Source: a virus. From it: a stretch of 64,000 bases of DNA. Positions 47,666 through 56,192 of this stretch are shown here, in pieces. How positions within the stretch are numbered: position 1 is the first letter of the stretch; every line of letters begins with the position of its first letter. A program made the translations under genes and the position numbers. Location: IMG/VR virus record IMGVR_UViG_3300036766_000889; one strand, written 5' to 3'. The notes under the pieces were generated by a model. The model did not search any database. It was given only the letters and a program-made list of their open reading frames with translations, and was not told the origin of the DNA.

Positions 47666-48046
47666 TCAGTCCACTTCTGTACGTGGTTTTTCTACAGGAG
47701 GCGGTGTGTTATCCCGATCAATACGTATGAACGTATATAAGTTATTGTCAGGGTGATTTCTGAAAGGCCAGTATTCAACTTTAACACGTTCAGGAGTGAC
47801 TACGAGGCCTTTGGCCTCAAGCTTCGATATCAGACCTGCTTTATTTTTGTCATGATCTGGACTACCACACAACCAGCCCGGACCAGCATATAACCAGCTA
47901 GGTTCTGACCAGTCAGCTTGGGCGATATCTCGAGGAAGCTTTACTCCAAGCCCCCTGCAACGACGCTTAACATCCTTGATATGATATGGAGGAGGGCCCG
48001 CAGCTACCCGCGCAGCTACCCGCGCAGCTACCCTCAAGAAATCCAC
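47666..48046 (-). CDS. Leader-family protein (MDFLRVAARVAARVAA)
   Basis: Shared N-terminal motif, expanded by a 12-bp tandem repeat. Confidence 0.7.
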   Translation of the reverse strand: MDFLRVAARVAARVAAGPPPYHIKDVKRRCRGLGVKLPRDIAQADWSEPSWLYAGPGWLCGSPDHDKNKAGLISKLEAKGLVVTPERVKVEYWPFRNHPDNNLYTFIRIDRDNTPPPVEKPRTEVD

Positions 48047-48049
48047 AGC

Positions 48050-49366
48050 TCAGGAATTTTCAGGAATTTCAGGAATTTCAGGAATTTCAGGAATTTCAGG
48101 AATTTCAGGAATTTCATCAATACTAGCCAGTACCTTCTTCAGATCTTTGGCGACGAGATCACGATCAGGTTGCTTTGAATTATCGATCGCAGAAGCGATG
48201 CGACGAAGTTGACTTGCGAGTTGTGATGGTTTCATAGATGCCTTCTTCTTCTTTGAAGCCCCGGACTCGAGGCCGTTACATAAAGCTTCAATTTCTTGAA
48301 GCAAACCCTGACTAATGATCTCAACTCGGGCTCCTGCCTGACTGAGCATTTCTGAAAACTTCCCGTGTGCCAGTTGACGAATCTTTGGGTTCTTGGAGTC
48401 CGGAATTTCGGACTTGAAGTCCATCACGTCATGGAAGGCGTCGTCGAAGATTTTCTGCATCTTCGGAACAGTTTTACGGGCTTCTTTACACCATTTAATG
48501 ATGTCTTCATCATATTTAACATCGTCATGACCGTGTGGGCCATTCGTTTCACCATTCAAGATATCGTCTACTTGGCTAACTATATTAGAGCTGTCAGCGG
48601 TTCGGGAGAGATATTTTGCGGCTACGCGTGATGCAGTATTCATAATGTTTGGACTTTTACCAATAGTGTTAGACGGGAATTCGATAGATTCACCAATAAT
48701 ATCAGTGATCACTTCGTAAACGTTGTCATCTATTTCAGACCCATCATCTGGCTCAAATAGAATCTCGCCACCCTCAAACATAGTTGCGATACCAGAAAGT
48801 GAAGCGGGGCCGGAAATATCTCCGAGTACACCTTCTAGTCTGAACTTACTTTCAATATGCGACACAGAAACGTCATCACCTTCTCTCGGTGAATGGTGGC
48901 TTTCTGTGGCTACACGTGAAGATGTCGTGTCCATCGAATTAACCGGTTCACTAAAGTTTGAGGAGGAAATCCAAAGAACCGTTGGTTGAATGCCTAAAAC
49001 CCGAGCAGCCATTAGACGGGTATTACCCCCAACCAACGTAATGGTGTTATCCGGGCGCTCGAGCACAACAGGCATCTTCATAGAGTTCCCAGTTTGGAAA
49101 CCCTTCATTACACTATCGATATCACGACCATAGCTTGAAGCCGCTTTGCTCGCTTGAGTAAGGTTTTCAGTATTATAAGAATCGGTATTCTCGAGCCGAG
49201 CCCAATCAGAATCAGTAAGAATGACTGGCTTAGAAGCAGCAAAAGCCATTTTTAGAGCTTCGAGGTCAATACCTTCATCAGAACTGACTCGCTCAAGCTC
49301 AGAAATTTCATCAGTAAGACTAGGTTTCACCCATCTGGGTCGAGAAGAAGTGGTTTCCGGAGTCAT
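48050..49366 (-). CDS. Modular protein: ParB/Srx-like N-terminal domain, internal SRVA motifs, C-terminal MKPSQLAS module and (EIP)n tail
   Basis: MPVVLERPDNTITLVGGNTRLMAARVLG is ParB-like; 9-bp tandem repeat at 48051-48116. Confidence 0.65.
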   Translation of the reverse strand: MTPETTSSRPRWVKPSLTDEISELERVSSDEGIDLEALKMAFAASKPVILTDSDWARLENTDSYNTENLTQASKAASSYGRDIDSVMKGFQTGNSMKMPVVLERPDNTITLVGGNTRLMAARVLGIQPTVLWISSSNFSEPVNSMDTTSSRVATESHHSPREGDDVSVSHIESKFRLEGVLGDISGPASLSGIATMFEGGEILFEPDDGSEIDDNVYEVITDIIGESIEFPSNTIGKSPNIMNTASRVAAKYLSRTADSSNIVSQVDDILNGETNGPHGHDDVKYDEDIIKWCKEARKTVPKMQKIFDDAFHDVMDFKSEIPDSKNPKIRQLAHGKFSEMLSQAGARVEIISQGLLQEIEALCNGLESGASKKKKASMKPSQLASQLRRIASAIDNSKQPDRDLVAKDLKKVLASIDEIPEIPEIPEIPEIPEIPENS

Positions 49367-49380
49367 GAATGCGGCTCAAA

Positions 49381-49872
49381 TCACTCATTTAGTTTCGGAG
49401 TTCGTTGACGCCATTGGAGTTTACCAGTGACGGCCACACGGGCGGCGATCCTTAAAAAACTCAGTTTGGGTCGAGAAGACGCGGTCGACGGGATCACCGG
49501 GAAGAAATGACCGTTCGAACAGCATGCACTATAACCCCGGACATCGACAGCCTTGCCACCGCATTCAGGGCACTTTTTGGATATGTCCGGTTCAGGATGC
49601 CCTTTAGATGAGGCAGTGGCGGGAGTGGCGGGAGTGGCGGGAGTGGCGGGTGTATTAACCGACTTTTGCGCCCACATCGATAAATCGGGCATTTCAAAAA
49701 CTGAACACCTATAACCGTTGATGGTCAAGTGTCCAGAAAATTCCGATTTATCAAGAACGTTGTGGGGTAGTTTCTCTGGCGACCAAGACCCGTCAGGTTG
49801 TAGACGGAAAGCTATGCCAGGCGAGAGCTTAGGCTCCTGTTCATGGTCAGGGTCAGGCATGGTGAGTCCCAC
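49381..49872 (-). CDS. Hypothetical Zn-ribbon protein with C-terminal FLRIAARVA motif
   Basis: CPECGG...CCSNGH; (PAT)n linker. Confidence 0.6.
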   Translation of the reverse strand: MGLTMPDPDHEQEPKLSPGIAFRLQPDGSWSPEKLPHNVLDKSEFSGHLTINGYRCSVFEMPDLSMWAQKSVNTPATPATPATPATASSKGHPEPDISKKCPECGGKAVDVRGYSACCSNGHFFPVIPSTASSRPKLSFLRIAARVAVTGKLQWRQRTPKLNE

Positions 49873-49893
49873 AAGATTATAGATCAGAGTTAA

Positions 49894-50514
49894 TTAGAAC
49901 TTTCCATTACCATCAACTTTAGAGTATAACTCATTATACTTTTCTATAGAAAATCCAGCTTTCTCAAGAGCGCCGCGCATAACCTTATTTATTTTTAAAC
50001 CGCTTCGCACACCTTTTGAGAACGCTTCGTTAGCGGCGTGTTCAATTACTTCGTCCATATCTTTCAACAAGGCTTTTTCGTCGTCAGTTAATACTTTCGG
50101 AGACTGAGTATCACCAATAAGGTCAGCTAGTGAGTCACGAGCTGTATCACGACCCATCATGGTTTCTTCTGGATACCCAAAAAGAATACCACGAATGTAG
50201 TTCCATTCGTCGGTATGTGGTTCACTATTTTCATCAAACCACTTAAATGCTTCAGCAATATCTCGATTTTTAGAAAGAAAAACTATTTTAAAGCCATGTC
50301 CCATGTCAATGGAATCAAGTCCTTCTGAATTAGCATCATGGTTCACCATCGATACAGGTTTTTCACCTCGACGCGTTAGTTCGATGATTTCATCATCCTG
50401 TTTTCTATACGCACCAACTGCCTTCGGAGTCCATCCGTAAGCTTTACGGAAGGCATCAACAAAAGAAGAAGGAAATTTACCTATGATGCGGGCAGCTATC
50501 CTAAAAAAATTCAT
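49894..50514 (-). CDS. Leader-family protein (MNFFRIAARII)
   Basis: Shared N-terminal motif; GILFGYP. Confidence 0.65.
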   Translation of the reverse strand: MNFFRIAARIIGKFPSSFVDAFRKAYGWTPKAVGAYRKQDDEIIELTRRGEKPVSMVNHDANSEGLDSIDMGHGFKIVFLSKNRDIAEAFKWFDENSEPHTDEWNYIRGILFGYPEETMMGRDTARDSLADLIGDTQSPKVLTDDEKALLKDMDEVIEHAANEAFSKGVRSGLKINKVMRGALEKAGFSIEKYNELYSKVDGNGKF

Positions 50515-50533
50515 GTAGCGTTATTATCATATT

Positions 50534-51001
50534 TTATTCCATGGATCCTTTAATATAAAAAACTCGAAATCCGGGGTTATTTTTCAAGTATTCAATGATG
50601 GCTTCTGGTAGGAATCCATGGACTTTCTGTCCATTAATTGTTTCAGGCACAAGAGTTACATATTTATTACCAAATTCTTTTTGAAGTTTCCACTGAAAAT
50701 TTTCGTCATTAATCAAATCGATAACTGCATTATCATCTGCAACTTCTTCTGGGTAGTCATGTTCATCTTGTACTTTAAATGTGACTGAACCTGAAGCATC
50801 AGTACTGTCTGCATTCTTCCAATCATAATCACATTCCGCAAAGCATGAAACACCGTCTTTATCAAACGTCATACCATTAGCACTAACTGTGGCTAGGACC
50901 TTTTTAAGATCCTGCGCAACCAGACTACGGTCTGGTTGCTTCGAGTTATCGATCTTACTGGCGATGCGGCGAAGTTGACTGGCGAGTTGTGATGGTTTCA
51001 T
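50534..51001 (-). CDS. Leader-family protein (MKPSQLASQLRRIASKIDNS...)
   Basis: 37-aa conserved module; AAGGA RBS. Confidence 0.75.
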   Translation of the reverse strand: MKPSQLASQLRRIASKIDNSKQPDRSLVAQDLKKVLATVSANGMTFDKDGVSCFAECDYDWKNADSTDASGSVTFKVQDEHDYPEEVADDNAVIDLINDENFQWKLQKEFGNKYVTLVPETINGQKVHGFLPEAIIEYLKNNPGFRVFYIKGSME

Positions 51002-51039
51002 AATTATTCCTTAGTGAAAGTAGACTCGATAGCAAGTAT

Positions 51040-51558
51040 CTACTCAGAATGATGACCTTTATTCCTGCGCTGGAAAAAGTAAGTCGCGTTCTTCGACTGA
51101 TCTCCGTATAAGCCATGGACCGCTTTCTCTATTTGCGCGAGCGGCTTGTCTAAATCTTGAACCGTGTCAACTTCACTGAACACGCCAGCGACCTTCTCGA
51201 CGATAGCAGCAATGCGGGGTCGAAGTGCGGCGTACTGCGGACGTTCACACGCCTGTGCGGCACGACTCAATCCCTTGAAAATCTCAACCACGCGCATATA
51301 GTTATTGGCGGGTATCTCAGCCGCCATCTGGAGCTTCGAAATCTGACTCTTCAGAAAGTCAAGACTTTCGACACTAGAACTACCCTGTGTAGAAAGACCG
51401 GAGACGTGGTTCTTAAGCCCTTCCACGAAGCGCGCAACGCGTTCATCCGTCGGGTCCAGAGTAACCAAACGGCTGGTAGCGGTCATCAACTTGCGGGTGT
51501 CTTCTTGTGTAATACTCATATCATATCCTCTCACTTGGTTATTCGATTGGAAGCTCAA
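51040..51558 (-). CDS. Hypothetical helical protein (start may be the internal MSITQED)
   Basis: ORF; GAGAGGA RBS precedes the internal ATG. Confidence 0.6.
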   Translation of the reverse strand: MSFQSNNQVRGYDMSITQEDTRKLMTATSRLVTLDPTDERVARFVEGLKNHVSGLSTQGSSSVESLDFLKSQISKLQMAAEIPANNYMRVVEIFKGLSRAAQACERPQYAALRPRIAAIVEKVAGVFSEVDTVQDLDKPLAQIEKAVHGLYGDQSKNATYFFQRRNKGHHSE

Positions 51559-51568
51559 AACTGCAGAA

Positions 51569-52321
51569 CTATAAAAGTTCAGTAATTTCCGGGTCTAAAA
51601 CAGCTTTTATGCCATTACGCATTGGTTTCTTCAAAGAATTGAAGAAATCCTTCATGTTATCAATGTCACCGTTCTTGAACATTTCTTCAACTCTGTTAAC
51701 AGCGTTCTCGACCGTCATACCACGGTAATACCAAAGGGTGTTTTTATAACTACCTACAATATCATACCCAGAGGTATCGAAAAAAACGGCTTGAGAAAGT
51801 TGAGACGGCTCGTCATACAAAATTCCGGAACCCTGATCGACTAAACCTGAATATCCGAGTTTTTTAAGAAGCATTGACCAGGCAAGTTCTTTTTTACCAC
51901 CATTAGTAAGTTCTTTTGTGATATCTAGGATAACTCGACCCGGTTCTTTGTCAGAAGTATTATTTACATCAAAACCAAGGTTAATCAATTTCTTAATATC
52001 AGTATCAAGGTCTGAGGTGGAATAATGGTTAAGATCGAGTACGTGTCCTTTAGACTGAAGAATGTTCAAGTGTTCTTTCTCTATCGAGAAAAGACTGTCA
52101 CCTGATTGGAGCTTATCCATTATATGACCATTTAGTGGATAAGCATATATGCCAAACGGTGTCCCGTAGTGTCCAGACAAATTGGGGGCAATGCGATCTA
52201 CATCCCCGAAATTAATATAATACCTATCCGAGTTGGCCAAACTTTGAAGCATCTGGAGTTGATCTTCATAGTCACCAGACTTTGAAATAGAAACTCTTGC
52301 AGCTATTTGAAATAAATCCAC
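51569..52321 (-). CDS. Leader-family protein (MDLFQIAARVS) with possible ADP-ribosyltransferase-like fold
   Basis: TPFGIYAYPL...LKKLGYSGLVD...EPSQLSQAVFFD resembles phage ART-like (polyvalent) domains. Confidence 0.5.
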   Translation of the reverse strand: MDLFQIAARVSISKSGDYEDQLQMLQSLANSDRYYINFGDVDRIAPNLSGHYGTPFGIYAYPLNGHIMDKLQSGDSLFSIEKEHLNILQSKGHVLDLNHYSTSDLDTDIKKLINLGFDVNNTSDKEPGRVILDITKELTNGGKKELAWSMLLKKLGYSGLVDQGSGILYDEPSQLSQAVFFDTSGYDIVGSYKNTLWYYRGMTVENAVNRVEEMFKNGDIDNMKDFFNSLKKPMRNGIKAVLDPEITELL

Positions 52322-52322
52322 A

Positions 52323-52817
52323 CTACTGGACCAGCATCAATCCATGATGTCTACCGGTATTAATAATCACAACTGATCCAGGACCAGACAAGAAATTCTG
52401 ACGTTTTTGATTTTCAGTTTCATCTGAAAAATGATCACCAGGGGTGACAACTGAAAGATCCGGAACTTGATGCACGGACTCGATTTCCCATTCTGGAACT
52501 TCATCAGCTTCTAACGAAAAACCAGCATTATTTTCTTCAATTTTCCTGTTAATTTCATTTAATTGATCAGGTCCGACTGGACCTGAAATTGAAAAGGTTC
52601 CATGATCTGACCATTCATCACCAATCTCATCCCATGTAATGGCTCTTGCAGTAGAAGAAGCCACACGCGAAATACCAGCAATAACTCGCTTCAGATCCCG
52701 CGCTACAAGAGTGCGATCGGGATTCTGAGAGTTATCGATCGCACTGGCGATACGGCGAAGTTGACTTGCTAACTGTGATGGTTTCATTTTGCGTGTGTCC
52801 ATATTGTTATCCAGCAT
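52323..52817 (-). CDS. Leader-family protein (MKPSQLAS module at 52787)
   Basis: 37-aa conserved module followed by an acidic domain. Confidence 0.7.
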   Translation of the reverse strand: MLDNNMDTRKMKPSQLASQLRRIASAIDNSQNPDRTLVARDLKRVIAGISRVASSTARAITWDEIGDEWSDHGTFSISGPVGPDQLNEINRKIEENNAGFSLEADEVPEWEIESVHQVPDLSVVTPGDHFSDETENQKRQNFLSGPGSVVIINTGRHHGLMLVQ

Positions 52818-52834
52818 TTTGGTCTTTCGTAACT

Positions 52835-54319
52835 CTAAACACCACTCACCACAACGTCAGGGTGATGATGCTTCTTGGCGCGTTTACCAATAGCAAAATT
52901 CTTCATAACTTGTTCAACGGCCGCGTTCAAATGGTCAACCGTGAATGTACATCTCTGACCTGTCGAACACCCATCTCCGACAGCACGGATGACGACAGCA
53001 CGAGCAAGACTCTTAATGTAGTCACCGGTTAGACCATCTGTCATTTTTATGACAGTCAACCAGGCATCCTGGGTTACGGAGATATCAGGACTAGAATGGA
53101 ATTCCCTAAGGAAATTCTTAAGCATACTTGAACGGTCCTGGTCATCCGGGAGGGGCATGTCGATTTTCATATCAAAACGACCCGGACGATTAACAAGAGC
53201 CTCATCCATTGAAGCGATGTCATTCGTACTAGCCAAAACTACGACGCCAGAATTCTCGTGAGCGCCATCGAGGCACGCAAGGAACTCATTTAGAACGTGG
53301 TTGTCTTGACCGAATGAAACAGTAGACCTATCACCGCCGAAAAGGTCCATATCCTCGATGATTACAATGCACGGCGAAAGAGACCGTGCGGCTTCAAACA
53401 AAGAGGTAACATCGTCAGAGTTATTTATCGATTTCCCCGTACACCAAATTCGAGTGATGCGACCTTCAACGTCGTTTGAGATAGCACGGAAAATAGTCGT
53501 TTTCGCCATACCGGGAGGCGAAATGAGAATCATATTCTGGTTCGGCGTCATGCCGAGACTTGAGAATTTATCCATCGAGTCAAGAATAGAAACCGTGTTA
53601 CCGTGAATCTGTTCTTTCAAAGCGGGCTTGATAATGATCTGATCCCAGGTGGTTGGCTTCACTTCCATGAAGTCAAGACGACCTCGAACGAATGAAAGGC
53701 ATTTCTTATAATAAATATCGTTTGCGACAAGAGAAGTCGCCATGTCAGCGAAAAATTGCACAGCCGATTGTTGGTCAGACAATTTCGAGATAACAGATAT
53801 CTGACAACCCATGCTCTCAATGCATAGATCCAGTGACACGAACATGCGTTTCTTAGTAGCGATGTGTTCTACGAAGAAATTCCCGTAGACGGGTAGGGTA
53901 ACGTTTTGGTTGAGAGATATTGCAATTTGCTCAGACTGCACTCTATACGCGAAACTCCCCTTGAGCATCTCCTTGAATTCATACGTGTCAAGGAAAGAGA
54001 CTACTTTATAAGTGGCAGACGGACCATCGAATAACTTCGAAAAAGCGTATGCACTTAAGGACCTAGACCAGGTCGGATATTTCTGATTAATGGTGGACGC
54101 CGTGTGCAAATCACATCCGAGCCACAGTTCCTTGATGTGGGTGTCTGGGTCGGACGGATACCATTTCGGAGGCCCAAAACCACGGGCACGTTCGTCAACC
54201 TTATTCCACCAGCTGTCTAAAAGGTAATTGATGGCACCAGATATTGGTGCGGGGATGCCGTACTCTAAATGAGTAAGTTGCGAGAGATATACGGCAGTCC
54301 GTTTAGTAAATCCAGCCAT
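52835..54319 (-). CDS. AAA+ ATPase (classical AAA clade, FtsH/Cdc48-like)
   Basis: Walker A variant SPPGMAKT, Walker B IVIIEDMD, sensor-1 ASTN, SRH MDEALVNRPGRFD. Confidence 0.85.
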   Translation of the reverse strand: MAGFTKRTAVYLSQLTHLEYGIPAPISGAINYLLDSWWNKVDERARGFGPPKWYPSDPDTHIKELWLGCDLHTASTINQKYPTWSRSLSAYAFSKLFDGPSATYKVVSFLDTYEFKEMLKGSFAYRVQSEQIAISLNQNVTLPVYGNFFVEHIATKKRMFVSLDLCIESMGCQISVISKLSDQQSAVQFFADMATSLVANDIYYKKCLSFVRGRLDFMEVKPTTWDQIIIKPALKEQIHGNTVSILDSMDKFSSLGMTPNQNMILISPPGMAKTTIFRAISNDVEGRITRIWCTGKSINNSDDVTSLFEAARSLSPCIVIIEDMDLFGGDRSTVSFGQDNHVLNEFLACLDGAHENSGVVVLASTNDIASMDEALVNRPGRFDMKIDMPLPDDQDRSSMLKNFLREFHSSPDISVTQDAWLTVIKMTDGLTGDYIKSLARAVVIRAVGDGCSTGQRCTFTVDHLNAAVEQVMKNFAIGKRAKKHHHPDVVVSGV

Positions 54320-54395
54320 GACTCAACAATGAAAAAAGAGTCTAGTATTATTTAAGGCACTCGTAAATTTTAAAAGATATTCCGTAACAGTACGT

Positions 54396-54710
54396 ATGAA
54401 GGAAAGAATGACGAAATTGAAATCGAAACTGGAAAGACTGAAAATTAGGGACGATATCGAGAGCTTCCTTAAAAAATTACCTCTAAAAGATATGGAAGAA
54501 AGTCAGATCGGGGACTATGTATACTCCGGAAAGGGAAAGATGTACGTCGGGAGTCGTTCTGTCCCGGTGAAAATACGTATTAAAATTATGGATGGGGGTA
54601 TAGTAGTAACTGTTTCATCCCCACTAGCGGGCATCTTAGTTAAGTGCCCATTTGAACCCGTAGAAGCCGCCAAATCAGTACGTCAGGAAATCAAGAAGAG
54701 TTTCAACTAA
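54396..54710 (+). CDS. Hypothetical protein (104 aa)
   Basis: Fills the intergenic gap; no family recognised. Confidence 0.5.
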   Translation: MKERMTKLKSKLERLKIRDDIESFLKKLPLKDMEESQIGDYVYSGKGKMYVGSRSVPVKIRIKIMDGGIVVTVSSPLAGILVKCPFEPVEAAKSVRQEIKKSFN

Positions 54711-55135
54711 CCTGACATTAAATCGTCGAAACTAGAATCTTCAATTTTTGGCCATGTGTATTCATCAGAATCCGTATCATACTGAATCAACCCAGCATTA
54801 TAAAGGGCTTTAAGAAGACCTTCATGCTCACCTTCATCAATGTTGTTCTTGATATCGGCCAAAGTTTTAGCAATAATAATCTGCTCTCCATTAGGGAGGG
54901 TTATCATGTCAAACGGCTCAGTTGATGACACCGTTTGTGATTGCATTATGAGATAGTCATCCCCATTATTTCCGCTAATAATTTGAATAATGATCGATCC
55001 CGAGCCAGCGATTTTTGACACATTAGCGAGAACCTTCTTCAGATCACGCGCCACAAGAGTACGATCCGGCTTCTTCGAATTATCAATAGCACTGGCGATG
55101 CGACGAAGTTGACTGGCGAGTTGTGATGGTTTCAT
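54707..55135 (-). CDS. Leader-family protein (MKPSQLAS module)
   Basis: 37-aa conserved module; AGGA RBS. Confidence 0.75.
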   Translation of the reverse strand: MKPSQLASQLRRIASAIDNSKKPDRTLVARDLKKVLANVSKIAGSGSIIIQIISGNNGDDYLIMQSQTVSSTEPFDMITLPNGEQIIIAKTLADIKNNIDEGEHEGLLKALYNAGLIQYDTDSDEYTWPKIEDSSFDDLMSG

Positions 55136-55171
55136 GATTATTCCTATACAGAGTTACGACTCAACACGTTA

Positions 55172-56155
55172 TCAAGAGGTTACCATCGATTGCTTTCTCT
55201 TGATGGATAACCGGATATAATCAGACCAGGTCGCGCACCCGGACTCGGCCAGAAGACGGTCACGGCGTTCTGCGAACTGACGCTTCATGTCTACCCTGGA
55301 CTCATCGGTATGGCGAAACTTGGATGAAGCGGCCGAGATCTTAGCGCGAGTCTCGTCCGACGTAACCCGAGTAGCATGCTTAGCACGGACTTCAGGGCGG
55401 TTTTGAGCTTCCTTAACGGCGGCTCGATGACGTTCCTGGACCTCTGGTTTCTGGAAGGCAGCCTTGATACCAGCCGATCGTCTGACCTTGACTTCAGGTC
55501 GAGCATTGGCTATCTTGGCTGAAGCGGAGTGTCGGGCCTTGACCTCGGGGTCAGCCAAAGCTAACTTCGAAGCAGCAGAAATACGCGCCCGATAGGCGGG
55601 GTCTTTCTGGAAGACCGCCCGTTTCGCCTGAAGTTCTGGAGTCGCCATCGCGGCCTTGGTTGCGGCCGAACGCTTTTCCGGGGTCAGGGAGGCCCTCTGC
55701 GCGGCTCGAGCAGCAGGGGAGAAGCAATGGTGAATAGTGCTCGGATGCTTTTCACGAAATCCAGGACGATCCCATGGGTTCTTGACGGGGTGCGGCGTAT
55801 GGGAGCCACCACGGGTTAGGTTAAACCCGAATTCCAGTTCATTTGAATGAAAATGAGCAATCCATTTTGCCTCAACAGCATTCGCGGATTTCAGGTCATG
55901 ACAAATTTCGAGAACTTCATGTGAGAAAGCGTCAGGACCATACTTCCGAATCGCGTTATGAAAATGACCATAACCAATTTTCACATGTTTTGATTCAAAC
56001 ACATGGCGATTCCAGCGTTTACGCCATGTCTTCTTAGTCTGACCGATATAACGGCGACCAGATTCAGTGTGAATGTGACAGTAAATCGTAAATACATCAG
56101 AGGCCGCGATCGGTGTTTCCGACGCGGCCTCTGAATTTGATGGTTGAATTGTCAT
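55172..56155 (-). CDS. GIY-YIG homing endonuclease with NUMOD3-like repeats
   Basis: TIYCHIHTESGRRYIGQT...FHNAIRKYG...GFNLTRGG; HTDESR. Confidence 0.9.
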   Translation of the reverse strand: MTIQPSNSEAASETPIAASDVFTIYCHIHTESGRRYIGQTKKTWRKRWNRHVFESKHVKIGYGHFHNAIRKYGPDAFSHEVLEICHDLKSANAVEAKWIAHFHSNELEFGFNLTRGGSHTPHPVKNPWDRPGFREKHPSTIHHCFSPAARAAQRASLTPEKRSAATKAAMATPELQAKRAVFQKDPAYRARISAASKLALADPEVKARHSASAKIANARPEVKVRRSAGIKAAFQKPEVQERHRAAVKEAQNRPEVRAKHATRVTSDETRAKISAASSKFRHTDESRVDMKRQFAERRDRLLAESGCATWSDYIRLSIKRKQSMVTS

Positions 56156-56192
56156 CTGGCCATTCTACCAGATCCGACGATTCCTGTCAAGG

